Both the position numbers and the translations under genes were made by a program. The notes under the pieces were generated by a model that saw nothing but the letters and a program-made list of their open reading frames with translations, ran no database searches and was not told the origin of the DNA. Of a DNA stretch of 64,000 bases, positions 10,823 through 21,217 are shown one piece after another. The stretch comes from Candidatus Omnitrophota bacterium (GTDB lineage: Bacteria > Omnitrophota > Gorgyraeia > Zapsychrales > JANLHA01): NCBI GenBank assembly GCA_040753435.1, contig JBFMEN010000067.1, forward strand, positions 2,441 to 66,440, given 5' to 3'. Each line of letters starts with the position of its first letter. Within the stretch, counting starts at the first letter, position 1.

Positions 10823-11521
10823 TCATTCAAAGTAGTAGGCGAACTCTTTTTCATCAAGCAGTGGCTGGCCATTCTTTACAGGGGTTAAATCAGCATAAAT
10901 CGTGGCGTTATCTTCCGATACGCACAAGGGTTTAAATGGATTGATCCGGGCGGCTTGCCGGCAAAAAAAGGCGACTGTTTTTTTATTAAAAAAGCGAACA
11001 TGGGTCGGGTCACCAACGGCATTATCGCTTTGGGCGCGCGGCACCATAAGATGCAGGACCCCGTTCAATTTAATTATTCGATGAAGTTCATTCATTAATT
11101 CGATTAAATGATGGATGTGTTCAAGAACATGAATGGCAAACACATGATCGGCCGCATCATCACGAACAGGAAGGGGCCGCTCAAGATCAGCGACAATGTC
11201 GACTCCATCACAGGGAAAACGATCGATTCCGATAAAATTTGAATATTGTTTTTGATTGCCGCAACCGATATCAAAAATGACTGGAGGGCTTTGACCGTTC
11301 ACAGTAATCATATCCCAGATCGCATAAATTCCTTTAAGGCGGGACAGGGCCTTTCGAATCATAAATTGATCATCGTTATGCGAAACCGTCCCTGTGACAT
11401 GGGCGACTTGTCCCTGGATATCTAAATCAAAAGAACAGCGGGAGAAACGTTTGTCATATGATAAAATTTCATTCGCATGCTCAAGTAACGATGTGTCAAC
11501 TCCGGATAGCAATTTCCGCAT
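10823..11521 (-). CDS. BON-like domain fused to a class I SAM methyltransferase
   Basis: N-terminal YDKRF...GQVAHVTGTV...LKGI BON-like pattern; DIGCG, HVLEH, DPTHVRFF. Confidence 0.75.
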   Translation of the reverse strand: MRKLLSGVDTSLLEHANEILSYDKRFSRCSFDLDIQGQVAHVTGTVSHNDDQFMIRKALSRLKGIYAIWDMITVNGQSPPVIFDIGCGNQKQYSNFIGIDRFPCDGVDIVADLERPLPVRDDAADHVFAIHVLEHIHHLIELMNELHRIIKLNGVLHLMVPRAQSDNAVGDPTHVRFFNKKTVAFFCRQAARINPFKPLCVSEDNATIYADLTPVKNGQPLLDEKEFAYYFE

Positions 11522-11523
11522 GT

Positions 11524-11804
11524 GCGTTTCTCGCCGTGGTCCTCATTTAAAACCGGCAGTAAAAATTTTAAAAATAATAGCGGGAGAAACGCTTCTTCAA
11601 CAGCGCCACATCGTCTAAAAACTCCATGCTCAGCAATAACAATATACGTTACCTGCGTTTCTCTCCGCAATTTTTCAAGTATTAATCTAATCGACAATCC
11701 AAACAGAAAGATTAACGGGAGAAACGCAACTTGCAGTACATGATTCGCGTCCTTACCCAACTTTTGTTAATTTAACTATGCTTTCTCACTGGCGTTTCTC
11801 GCCG
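11524..11804. repeat. Iterated inverted motif GCGTTTCTC(G/T)CCG / CGGGAGAAACGC
   Basis: Copies at 11524-11536, 11655-11667 and 11792-11804; inverted copies at 11581-11592 and 11716-11727; period ~131-137 bp. Confidence 0.6.
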
Positions 11805-11953
11805 TATCTTCCTGTTTTCTCGTGTGGCGGTTGCTGGTACCGCCTTTAAATTTCTCTCTCTGGTAAACTCACCTGAAGATGTTTCTAATATACGTAATCC
11901 TGTTTTTTTCACCATATGCCAGAACCACTCTTTTCTGGCCCGTTTCCACTTTT

Positions 11954-12676
11954 TCAGGGCCAGGATGTTTCCTTCATCGGAATAACCATAACTTCAGGGA
12001 TCACGGTTTCAAACGGCTGCTCAAGAATAAATCTAATCGTTCGTGCAACGTTCTCCGGATCCTGAAGCGTTTCCTGATCAATATCAGGGAAACGATCCAG
12101 AAGGAAAGGAGTTCTCATGCCGCCGCTAACAACAGCAGACACCTTAATATTATTTGCCCGACCTTCAACATGAAGGGCGTGGCTGAAGCCCAGGAGTCCC
12201 CATTTGCTCGCGTGATAAGGTGCGGCATTGCTCCACGTTCGTTTTGATGCCGTCGAGACGATATTCACAATGTGTCCCGAACGGTTTTGTTTCATAAAAC
12301 GGAAAGCGAATTTCGACATTAAAAATGGTCCGCGAAGATTGACTCCCATAATTTTGTCCCATTGTTCGATGCTCAACTCATCCAAGGGAACGGTGACATC
12401 AATCGCCGCGTTGTTAACAAGAACATCAAGCCGTCCAAATCGGTTAATTACCGCATCCACACACCGCTGGGCATCGATTGCAAGGCTAACATCAGCCAGG
12501 ATCGGGTAAATATCGCCGTTAACGCCTTGGTCCGACTTTATTTTGTCTAACAATCCCTGGTCGATATCACATCCTGCAATGATCGCGCCTGATTCGGCAA
12601 GCACCTTTACAATGGAAAGTCCAAGCCCACGCCCTGCTCCGGTCACAAGACAGACCTTATTCAAAAGTTTTCCCAT
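11954..12676 (-). CDS. SDR family oxidoreductase
   Basis: VTGAGRGLG, NNAA, YHASK catalytic motif; GGAGG RBS before MGKLL. Confidence 0.95.
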   Translation of the reverse strand: MGKLLNKVCLVTGAGRGLGLSIVKVLAESGAIIAGCDIDQGLLDKIKSDQGVNGDIYPILADVSLAIDAQRCVDAVINRFGRLDVLVNNAAIDVTVPLDELSIEQWDKIMGVNLRGPFLMSKFAFRFMKQNRSGHIVNIVSTASKRTWSNAAPYHASKWGLLGFSHALHVEGRANNIKVSAVVSGGMRTPFLLDRFPDIDQETLQDPENVARTIRFILEQPFETVIPEVMVIPMKETSWP

Positions 12677-12695
12677 AGACCCTCCCCGAAAATTT

Positions 12696-13163
12696 TCATT
12701 CATTTACTGCATTTATAATATGTTGGACTTTTTCTTCCAATGGCGCCTTTTCAACTTCGCCGATATTATTAAAGTCCCCCCGCAATATCCTTAACGCATA
12801 CCGTTCTCTCAATATTTCTTCTTTTGTCCGGAAACCCAGGCGGCGCAGGACAGGGACGGGCGGACACCACCCCTGGGCAGCATGCTGAAAAAGAAAACCG
12901 GCAACCAGGCACGAAAGGGCAAGACATTTTCGGTGAAAAGCCAAACCGCTGACCAGACCGATTATCATGAGGGTCGAAGCATTGGCTTCAATCGCCCTTT
13001 CAATATCCCATTCTTCTTCAAGTTCTCGTAACCTTTGTTCAATCAATTCAGGATGCATGGAATGATATTCAATTGACTGATCAGTGAGTTTTCTGATCTT
13101 TTCATTAAAAACAGGGTTTGTATGTTCCGAAACCCGGTTAGACGAAGTTTTCGTAACGCTCAT
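12696..13163 (-). CDS. DUF2892-like membrane protein
   Basis: EWDIERAIEANA...QHAAQGWCPPVPVLRRLGFRT; AAGGAG RBS before MSVTKT. Confidence 0.75.
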   Translation of the reverse strand: MSVTKTSSNRVSEHTNPVFNEKIRKLTDQSIEYHSMHPELIEQRLRELEEEWDIERAIEANASTLMIIGLVSGLAFHRKCLALSCLVAGFLFQHAAQGWCPPVPVLRRLGFRTKEEILRERYALRILRGDFNNIGEVEKAPLEEKVQHIINAVNE

Positions 13164-13277
13164 CTGAGGCTCCTTTCTCATCACTGGTTTTCTTTCTTTT
13201 ATAATCAAAAACTTTATCGACGGCAATGACTGATCCCCGTCGGTTTGTAATTTTTTTCCACTAAATTTGCATGGAAG

Positions 13278-14627
13278 TTAAGCAGTTGTTTCCGTATCCC
13301 ATTCGTTGGTTCGGCCTGTTAAAGGATTAAAACCCAGCATGCTGAAAAGAAGTTCACGCACAGTTGATTGTCTGATGTCTTTTCTAATTTCGGTAAAATG
13401 GCGTGCAATAAAAAGGTCAGCCAGCAATCGAAGGACTGATGATATGACAAAAAGAGAAAGGATGGGGGAATGAAAGAGGCCAGGAAGGATGTTAAGCAGA
13501 AAACCACCCGTGGAGGCGCCCAAAAAAGCGGCAGTGCCATTAATAAAATTGTAAAAAATCAAGCAGTTTACCCTTTCCTCGGATGAGCAGCTGTTATAAA
13601 TAAAATTCGATGTGGACAGGTTGAACCCTGCCCAAATCAGACCGGAATAGACTTCGGCAAGAACGAGCCCGAGCGGAAATTGTCGAGCCATGATCCAAAG
13701 AAGGGGAATTGTGGCGATAAACCAGCTGACACGTTTCTGAATGCTCACGCTGCCCAGAATATCGATATGCCGCCCCCAGGCAGGGAAAGCGATGATACCT
13801 GCAATCGTTGAAGCCAGGTGAACCGAGGTGTACCACATGTAATTTAAATGCATTCCCTTTAACATCCAAACGCTTAAAAACGGATACGCCATTTGAGTCG
13901 CGAATGTCGTTCCGGCCACGTATAATGTAAACCTGGCAAAATTCCGGTTTTTGAAATGCGCGATGAACGTATGGTAACTTTTTGAAAAACTGAATTCACG
14001 GATCAGTTTTCCATCGATATCGATCATTTTTTTCGTCAGGAGGTACGAACCGCACCGGGAAACAGCAGCGAGCAAAAAAATAATGATAAAGCTTAATTGT
14101 TCTGATACCTGTTTTAACACTGATAACAATATTCCTGCCAGGACACCCGTTGTAATTCCTGCAAGCCCGACGATTTGTGACCTGCTCCCAAAATAACGGC
14201 CCCTTTTATCGACGGGAAGGTAATCGCTCACCAGACTGCCCCAGGGCGGACCGATAATGGTCCCAAGGCTGCGAAAAATTGTCACAAGCGCGATTAAGAT
14301 GACAACGTTGGCGGGAAAACTGATGAAGGGTAAAAAAACAAACGGGATCAGAATCAGACACTGGGAGCCGATACATCTGGTAACGGTCTTAAGGCGGCTC
14401 CTGAGTTTAAAAACGACAAACGGCGTAGAAAATAAAGCCAAAGAAGAAATCAAGTTCGGCGTCGCAACCAGAAGCCCTATATATTTGTCCTGTGCGCCTA
14501 AAAAAAGCGCAAAAGGGATTAAATAATAATCAAGAACCCGTATAACCACCTCGGCTGTCACGCCTTCTTTGATGCTGTTTCGAAGACTTTTCTTAAAGGG
14601 CGACGCCGGAGGAATATATATCTTCAT
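13278..14627 (-). CDS. MFS transporter
   Basis: About 12 hydrophobic segments; W.SLVSDYLP..KRGRYFG.R; WGRHID..G. Confidence 0.85.
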   Translation of the reverse strand: MKIYIPPASPFKKSLRNSIKEGVTAEVVIRVLDYYLIPFALFLGAQDKYIGLLVATPNLISSLALFSTPFVVFKLRSRLKTVTRCIGSQCLILIPFVFLPFISFPANVVILIALVTIFRSLGTIIGPPWGSLVSDYLPVDKRGRYFGSRSQIVGLAGITTGVLAGILLSVLKQVSEQLSFIIIFLLAAVSRCGSYLLTKKMIDIDGKLIREFSFSKSYHTFIAHFKNRNFARFTLYVAGTTFATQMAYPFLSVWMLKGMHLNYMWYTSVHLASTIAGIIAFPAWGRHIDILGSVSIQKRVSWFIATIPLLWIMARQFPLGLVLAEVYSGLIWAGFNLSTSNFIYNSCSSEERVNCLIFYNFINGTAAFLGASTGGFLLNILPGLFHSPILSLFVISSVLRLLADLFIARHFTEIRKDIRQSTVRELLFSMLGFNPLTGRTNEWDTETTA

Positions 14628-15139
14628 GTCCGGCCTTTCCGATCACCTGCCGGTCTGTCATCGATCTTCACGCTGATCTGGCCATCTTCTTCGATGTAAG
14701 CCTCTTTAACGGCTGATAAATCATGGACATTCATCTGGCGGAGTTTGCTCATCAGTTCCTCATCGGACACAAACTGACGACGCATATTTTTCCTAATCAT
14801 GACGCCGTCTTTTATAACAAGCAGGGGACTGTTCATCAGAATTTTCCGCAGCGGGGGGGAATAATACGTCATGACTTCAATCGTCAGATTCCAGAACATC
14901 AGTGTCCCGACGAGTGCAAGGGCATCGGTCACTGACTCCTGCTCTCCGGCCATGCCGTTTTGAACGGCATCGGCTATCAGGACAATGACCAGAATATCGC
15001 TTAATGAGAGATTGCCGCCGACGCGAACGGCGATGAATCGGAAAAAAAAGAAAATAAAAAGATAGATAACGGTCCCGCGCAAAATGATTTCAAGCAAGGG
15101 GACATTCAAACTGAAGATTTCCTGCCAGTCGATATTCAT
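14624..15139 (-). CDS. DUF421 (YetF-like) membrane protein
   Basis: EIILRG...IADAVQN...PLLVIKDG...LRQ...VKEAYIEEDGQISV. Confidence 0.9.
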   Translation of the reverse strand: MNIDWQEIFSLNVPLLEIILRGTVIYLFIFFFFRFIAVRVGGNLSLSDILVIVLIADAVQNGMAGEQESVTDALALVGTLMFWNLTIEVMTYYSPPLRKILMNSPLLVIKDGVMIRKNMRRQFVSDEELMSKLRQMNVHDLSAVKEAYIEEDGQISVKIDDRPAGDRKGRT

Positions 15140-15163
15140 CGCATACAGTTCCGGGAACCACGT

Positions 15164-16468
15164 TTAAACTTCTTCAATCGAAAATATTTTCTTGTTTATC
15201 AAAAATGACGGCCCCTGTTCGGGTTTCATCACATAAACAGAATGATTCAGCCGTTTGTTGATGCTTTGATCCAGGGCATCAACAACTGTTTCCCAGGTAA
15301 AATTTTTTTTAACGCGTTGCCGGCCGTTGCGTCCGAAAATCTTTCCGAGTTTGGGGTTTGCGAACAGTTCTTTGATTGATTCTGCCAATGAATACGGATC
15401 ACGCGGAGGCACAAGAAACCCGGTTCGACCGTGCTGAATGGTAAACTGTAATCCTCCAACCCTGGAGCCAATCACCGGTTTCTGACAAGCCATGGCTTCA
15501 AGCGGGGTAATCCCGAAAGGCTCATACCAGGGGGTTGTCACAAAGACATCAGCCGCGTTGTAATAGATTTTGATTTCTTCTCTGCTTGCCCGCCCGCAAA
15601 AAATAACTTTGTCGAATAAACCGGCGTCCCTGGCAATCTTCCCCAGCCTGTCAATTTCCGGGGTTTCAACCGGATCGGGGCGTTTAGTTGAGCCCCCAAC
15701 GATCAATAAACGGGCGCTGGTATGATATTTTTTGTGAAGAATCTTGAGGGAGTGGATGATGGTCTCAATCCCTTTGCGGGGAACAAGACGACCAAGCTGA
15801 AGAATAATCTTTTCATCATCCTGCAACCCCAGACACCCTCGGGCCTTCCGCTGATCAATCGGATGAAGTTCAGAGAAGTCTACGCCGCAGGGAATGACGA
15901 CGATTTTGGAATGATCGGCGGAATAATAATCAATGAGATCTTGTTTATCCTGGGGGCATTCTGCGATAATCCCGTCTGCAGCCGAAACGATATCATCTTC
16001 AATTGAAAACCGAATGTCGGAAAATTTATCTTCGCTCCTCTGGAAATGCCGCCGGACCCTTCCAAGGGCATGGAAAGTAATGAAGAAAGGAATTCGAAAA
16101 TAATCTTTTAATTTCATCGCCACCAGTCCAGACATAAAAAAATTCGCGTGGATAAAATCATAAATGCCATTCTTGTAAATATAATCCGTCATAAAGTCCG
16201 TAAATTCATTCATATATGGAAGCAGCTTTTCCTTTTCGACGTAATTAGGAGGGCCTGCCGGAACATGAATGACCCTCACTCGGGGGCTGAGGAATACAGA
16301 CGATTTTAATGCCGGGTTATCTCGACGGGTAAAGATATCGACCTGATAACCGCGCTGCCCCATTTTTTTCGCAATATTTTTCACATAGATATTCTGTCCG
16401 CCATCGTTAATGCTCCCGATTTTCGCTAACGGGGAGGCATGATCGCTAATCATTGCAATTTTTTTCAT
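15164..16468 (-). CDS. Glycosyltransferase family 4 (MshA-like)
   Basis: ISDHASPLA..G..DGGQNIYV, HANFFMSG, GRLVPRKG, WYEPFGITPLEAMAC. Confidence 0.95.
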   Translation of the reverse strand: MKKIAMISDHASPLAKIGSINDGGQNIYVKNIAKKMGQRGYQVDIFTRRDNPALKSSVFLSPRVRVIHVPAGPPNYVEKEKLLPYMNEFTDFMTDYIYKNGIYDFIHANFFMSGLVAMKLKDYFRIPFFITFHALGRVRRHFQRSEDKFSDIRFSIEDDIVSAADGIIAECPQDKQDLIDYYSADHSKIVVIPCGVDFSELHPIDQRKARGCLGLQDDEKIILQLGRLVPRKGIETIIHSLKILHKKYHTSARLLIVGGSTKRPDPVETPEIDRLGKIARDAGLFDKVIFCGRASREEIKIYYNAADVFVTTPWYEPFGITPLEAMACQKPVIGSRVGGLQFTIQHGRTGFLVPPRDPYSLAESIKELFANPKLGKIFGRNGRQRVKKNFTWETVVDALDQSINKRLNHSVYVMKPEQGPSFLINKKIFSIEEV

Positions 16469-16853
16469 AGGATTCCCTCAATAAGTATAAGCGCCGGTGT
16501 CATCGTATTGAAAATCACTTATTCCAGTCTTGCTGCATTTTTCCGTCGTAGAAACTTGTCAGCTCTCCTAAAGCCAATTTAGTTTAGTATCTTCCTGATG
16601 CGCAACAACATGCGCCTTCTGCTTTTTTCTGACGATTTCCCAGCGCTTAGGTGAATGAAGCAAAGCGACATAAAAATAAGGTGTTGGCTTATATTCTTTT
16701 CGATTTTTCGATGGAAAAGTCGACCCGGCAGGAGGAGAGATGAGAAGTTCTGGAAAACTCGTGAACGGAAAAAGACATGACGTTAAACTGTTTAACAGAA
16801 AAACATCATTCAGGCAATTTACTTTTTCCGTCCACGAGATACAAATTTGCTTT

Positions 16854-17735
16854 TCAGGTTCTGCTTTTTCCGCCGATTGCCCCGCCAAACGCAGCGGCAA
16901 CCAGTGTTAGCAACAACATAATAAATGACCAGAATGCCGCAGTTCCAAGTCCTTGTGCGGTTTGCCCGGCCATTTTCTGAGCCCTCTCAGTTGCCTGTGA
17001 GACTCTTTGCTGAAGCTGCTCCATCCGTGAAATCATTCGGTTTACCGTTGAGCTGGCTTCTTGTCGCGTCATTCCTCTTAATTGAACAAACATATCCGTT
17101 AATGTTTCCCGATCCTGGCGATTGATTGATCGGGGGCCTTTTTGCAAAATCTCCATGATTGTCCTTCGTGCTTCTTCCGGTGAAACCATCGGCGTCTGTT
17201 GTCCCGCGCCTTCCCGGGCGCCCTGAGTCCCGGGCCGCAACAAGTCATCAACTTCTTTCTGAATTTCCGGAGGAATAATCGCTCCCAGATTTCCGCCTTC
17301 GACAATTGAAGAAACAGTCCCGCTAATGGAAGTTCCCACAGCCTGCAAACTTCCCGTAATAAGGCTCATGGCCCCTGATGTCAATGCGCCTACCCCCGCC
17401 GTGAACAAGTAAACGCTAAAAAGGGTGGCAACACCCCAAGTCACGACTCCGTGGAGCATTGCATTTGTCGTTAACGCACCAGCCGCCATTCGACCGCTCA
17501 ACCATCCTCCCAAAAAAACTGCAATGATGCTTGAAACGACCCACCAAATGGCCGCACCAGTGCTAAGCGCCCCCATGGGCGTTCCTTGGGCAGGATCAAT
17601 AATCCAAAGCCCGAATGCCATTCCAAGCAGGGACAACATAAGCTCACCTACAAGAATAATAACAACACCAGCAAATATGGCTCCCCATGACGCTAATGAA
17701 AAAATACATCCTGTGCTTTTTTCACGGTCCATCAT
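16854..17735 (-). CDS. Conserved membrane protein (SWGAIFAG-type, stress-cluster associated)
   Basis: SWGAIFAG...LLG.AFG...W...GG..SGR...HG..TWG; C-terminal TM; AAGGAG RBS before MMDREK. Confidence 0.7.
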   Translation of the reverse strand: MMDREKSTGCIFSLASWGAIFAGVVIILVGELMLSLLGMAFGLWIIDPAQGTPMGALSTGAAIWWVVSSIIAVFLGGWLSGRMAAGALTTNAMLHGVVTWGVATLFSVYLFTAGVGALTSGAMSLITGSLQAVGTSISGTVSSIVEGGNLGAIIPPEIQKEVDDLLRPGTQGAREGAGQQTPMVSPEEARRTIMEILQKGPRSINRQDRETLTDMFVQLRGMTRQEASSTVNRMISRMEQLQQRVSQATERAQKMAGQTAQGLGTAAFWSFIMLLLTLVAAAFGGAIGGKSRT

Positions 17736-18043
17736 GCTCTCCTTTCGTAATATGGTTACATTCAACAGCACAAAAAATTGTAATCGAACCCGCGATTTAA
17801 TTAATGACCCGGAACCGCCATTTTCTGTTTTCATTCATTCGTCCCGTACCCTTTTCATAAACGATAAACGTAAAGTTAATGACAAATGCGCGGTTTCACT
17901 TACAATGACGAGTGCAGGCAGGATAATGCCCGGGCAATCAGGGCTGGACATCGGATTGAATAAACACGCGGAGAAATCCGTTGTTGAGAAACAATATCAT
18001 TTGAGGTACTATATAACGTGTTTTTAAATTTAATCGGTGATCT

Positions 18044-20350
18044 ATGCGCAAATTTCTGGATCCTTTCATTGCAGCAGTTTTAAAATATCCGCTACTTATC
18101 ATCATTTCAACTGCGGTTTTAACCGTCGCTGCCGCCCTTAGTATACCTAAAATCCATGTCGACAACAGCGTCGACGTCTTTTTTAACAAAAGAAGCCCGC
18201 ATTACACTGATTTCCAGGAATGGAAGGATCAGTTCGGGAGCGGTCAGTTGATCATCCTGGCCTTTAAAGATGATATTTTCACCTATTCCAATCTTTCAAG
18301 AATACGCCGTCTGACTGATCGTTTCGAAGAACTTAAATTTGTCGATAAGGTGACCAGCCTGACAAATGTCAATGATATCATCGGAAGGGAGGATGATTTC
18401 ATTGTTCGGCGATTTATCGAAATAATTCCCAACGATCCGGACCGGCTTGAATCCCTGAAAAAAGCCGCTTTGTCTAATCCGCTATATGTCAAAAATATTG
18501 TTTCCGAAGATGGAACATCTACGGCCATTGTGATCGAACTGGAGGACGTGAAAGGTTCAGGCGACGTTTACAAAAAACAAACTCTTGATGCGGTCTTTGC
18601 CATTGCCAGGGAAGAGTTTCCACCTGATATCAAGTTTCATATCAGTGGTTTTACGACCATTGAATCTTTTTATGCTTTATATATGCAGAACGATTTGAAG
18701 ACATTCATGCCGATCATGCTTGTTGTCCTGGTGCTTGTCCTTTTCTTGAGTTTCCGTGCCCTCTGGGGAATCCTGCTGCCGCTTTTAGTAACGATCATCA
18801 GCTTGATCTGGACGCTGTCGCTTTTATACCTTTTCGGATTTTCAATTAATAACGTGACCACGCTGATTCCTCCGGTCATGTTGAGTATCACCCTGCTCGA
18901 AAGCATTCATTTTTTATGGGAACTATGCCTCGCATCCCGGGAAAAAACCGAACAAGAGGCCTTAAAAGAACGCGACCGGCTGATAGAAGGTTCGATGAGA
19001 CATTTGTTTAAACCGTGTTTCCTGACCAATATCACGACCGCTGTAGGTTTCTGGGCGCTTTGTGTCAGCCAGGTTCCGCCTTTGCGGCAGTTTGGTCTTA
19101 CTGCGGGTATCGGAGTATTATTTGCTTTTGTTTTGACGTTTACACTTCTGCCGGCCATGCTCAAACAATTTAATTTGCTGACAAAGATTTCTTCAAAAGG
19201 AAACAAAGGAATTTTATTCCGGCCGGATACATCGGATGTGTTTTTTAAACGCCTGGCCGTTTTCAGCGTCCGGCGCAAACGCCTTATCGTTATCGGGTCG
19301 TTCATTTTGTTCATCTCCAGCGCTATTTTTGCCTTTCAAATCAAAACGGAAACCAGCGTCATAGAATATTTTCGCAAGGATACTCCGATTTTTAAAGCAA
19401 CAAAATTCATCGAAGATAATCTCGGAGGTGTCCATTTTCTGACAGTCTCATTTCAAAGTCCAAATGATGACTTTTTCAAAGACCCCGCCGTGCTTAAAGA
19501 GGTCGAAAGATTGCATGTTTTTCTCAAGGAAATTCCCGGTGTAGATAAAGTGACATCCCCCACAGACTATCTCAAAGAAATTAATAAATCATTTCATAAT
19601 GAAGACGATTCGTTTTACCGTTTGCCGGACAATAGCAGGCTGACCAGTCAATATTTACTGCTGTATGGGGCGGACGATCTTGACGATTTTGTGAATCCTC
19701 AATGGTCATGGTTCTCCGTTCAGGTGCGTCTGAAAGAACATAGTACCGTAAGACTTAAGAAGATCATCGAATCAATCAATGAATACATCGACCAGATGCC
19801 GGTAGACGCCCAAAAGCAGGTTCTGGGGCAAACGGTTCTGGAAGTTGATGCCAATGAAGCAGTAACGTCCGGACAGATCCAGAGCCTGGGGCTTGCCATG
19901 TTTTTGATCTTTGGAATGATGTTTATTGATTTTCGCAGTCTGAGCCTGGGATTCCTGAGCGTTTTGCCGAACATGCTTCCAATAATGCTGAATTTCGGTA
20001 TCATGGGAGCTGCCGGTATCCGCCTTGATTCGGCAACATCCATGATCTCCGACATCGGTATCGGTATCATCGTGGATGATACCATCCATTTCTTTCATGC
20101 CTATGGGGAAGCTTATAAACAGTCAGGAGATCCTGAGGCCGCGATCATGCAAAGCTTTACGTTTAAAGGCGCCCCAACTTTTATCACATCGATAATCCTA
20201 ATCGCCGGATTCGGCGTCCTGACGCTTTCAAAATTCATGCCAACGTTTTACTTTGGTCTTTTAAGCGCTCTCCTGATTTTCAACGGGTTATGGGTGGAAT
20301 TGTTTTTAAGCCCGGCCATCCTTGCGTTTTTCAAACCCAAATTTAAATAA
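18044..20350 (+). CDS. MMPL/RND family transporter
   Basis: Two repeats of TM + periplasmic loop + 5 TM; LTNITTAVGF; GIGIIVDDTIHF. Confidence 0.9.
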   Translation: MRKFLDPFIAAVLKYPLLIIISTAVLTVAAALSIPKIHVDNSVDVFFNKRSPHYTDFQEWKDQFGSGQLIILAFKDDIFTYSNLSRIRRLTDRFEELKFVDKVTSLTNVNDIIGREDDFIVRRFIEIIPNDPDRLESLKKAALSNPLYVKNIVSEDGTSTAIVIELEDVKGSGDVYKKQTLDAVFAIAREEFPPDIKFHISGFTTIESFYALYMQNDLKTFMPIMLVVLVLVLFLSFRALWGILLPLLVTIISLIWTLSLLYLFGFSINNVTTLIPPVMLSITLLESIHFLWELCLASREKTEQEALKERDRLIEGSMRHLFKPCFLTNITTAVGFWALCVSQVPPLRQFGLTAGIGVLFAFVLTFTLLPAMLKQFNLLTKISSKGNKGILFRPDTSDVFFKRLAVFSVRRKRLIVIGSFILFISSAIFAFQIKTETSVIEYFRKDTPIFKATKFIEDNLGGVHFLTVSFQSPNDDFFKDPAVLKEVERLHVFLKEIPGVDKVTSPTDYLKEINKSFHNEDDSFYRLPDNSRLTSQYLLLYGADDLDDFVNPQWSWFSVQVRLKEHSTVRLKKIIESINEYIDQMPVDAQKQVLGQTVLEVDANEAVTSGQIQSLGLAMFLIFGMMFIDFRSLSLGFLSVLPNMLPIMLNFGIMGAAGIRLDSATSMISDIGIGIIVDDTIHFFHAYGEAYKQSGDPEAAIMQSFTFKGAPTFITSIILIAGFGVLTLSKFMPTFYFGLLSALLIFNGLWVELFLSPAILAFFKPKFK

Positions 20351-20516
20351 TTTCAATACGAACTGAATCAGGCCTGGAATAAAAACTCAAACCCGAGGAG
20401 CCGTTGTTTTGATTATTTTGTAGAGAAAAGTTATAAAGAAGGTGCCTGCATCAATTGTCAGCTTTTAAAAATGTGACAATCTATAGTAAGTGTGCAGACA
20501 GTCAAAAAGGTTAGCA

Positions 20517-21212
20517 ATGGGTACCCTGAATATTCTTTCAAATAGCGACGCGGCATTTATTGACCGCAAAGAAGCAGGAATTCTACTTGCAGAAAAATTA
20601 GAACGTTTTCAGGGAGAAGAAACGGTCGTGCTGGGGATCTTGCGGGGAGGGATCATTGTGGCCAGGGAAATCGCTGTCGCTTTAAATGCCGATATTGATA
20701 TTATTCTTTCGCGGAAAATCGGGGCGCCGCTGAATCCCGAGCTTGCGATTGGGGCGGTTTCCGAAGATGGAGCAATGGTCATTAATGAAGAAATTGCCGC
20801 GGATACCGGCGCCGATGCACTTTATATTAATGAGGAAAAAGAGCGTCAAATGACCGAGATCCGGCGGCGAGGCGATATTTTTCGCAAGGTCAAACCGAAA
20901 GTTTCATTAAAGGAAAAAATTGTCATTATCACGGATGATGGCATTGCAACAGGAGCGACAATGCAAACAACTATTTGGGCTGTGCGTAATGAAAAACCCA
21001 AAAAAATTATTCTTGCCATCCCCGTAGCGCCTCAGAAGACGGTAGAAAAACTTTCAAGGGATGCGGATGAAGTCATCTGCCTCAAGGCGCCTTGTTATTT
21101 TGGCTCCGTCAGCAACTTTTTTATTCGATTTGAACAAATCCCGGATGAAACCGTGCTTGAAACGCTTAAAGAAATCAACGAGCTGAGAGATGGGACGTCA
21201 GGGAAAACTTAA
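20517..21212 (+). CDS. Phosphoribosyltransferase family protein
   Basis: FIDRKEAG..LA, RKIGAPLNPELAIGAV, PRPP-binding VIITDDGIATGATM. Confidence 0.9.
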   Translation: MGTLNILSNSDAAFIDRKEAGILLAEKLERFQGEETVVLGILRGGIIVAREIAVALNADIDIILSRKIGAPLNPELAIGAVSEDGAMVINEEIAADTGADALYINEEKERQMTEIRRRGDIFRKVKPKVSLKEKIVIITDDGIATGATMQTTIWAVRNEKPKKIILAIPVAPQKTVEKLSRDADEVICLKAPCYFGSVSNFFIRFEQIPDETVLETLKEINELRDGTSGKT

Positions 21213-21217
21213 AACAA

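Noticed and set aside
11422-11760. 112-aa minus-strand ORF with AFLPL repeated
   Set aside because: TTG start, overlaps the methyltransferase, and the peptide repeat is explained by the DNA motif
16568-16900. 110-aa minus-strand ORF
   Set aside because: Overlaps the upstream gene, has no motifs, and is likely a promoter region
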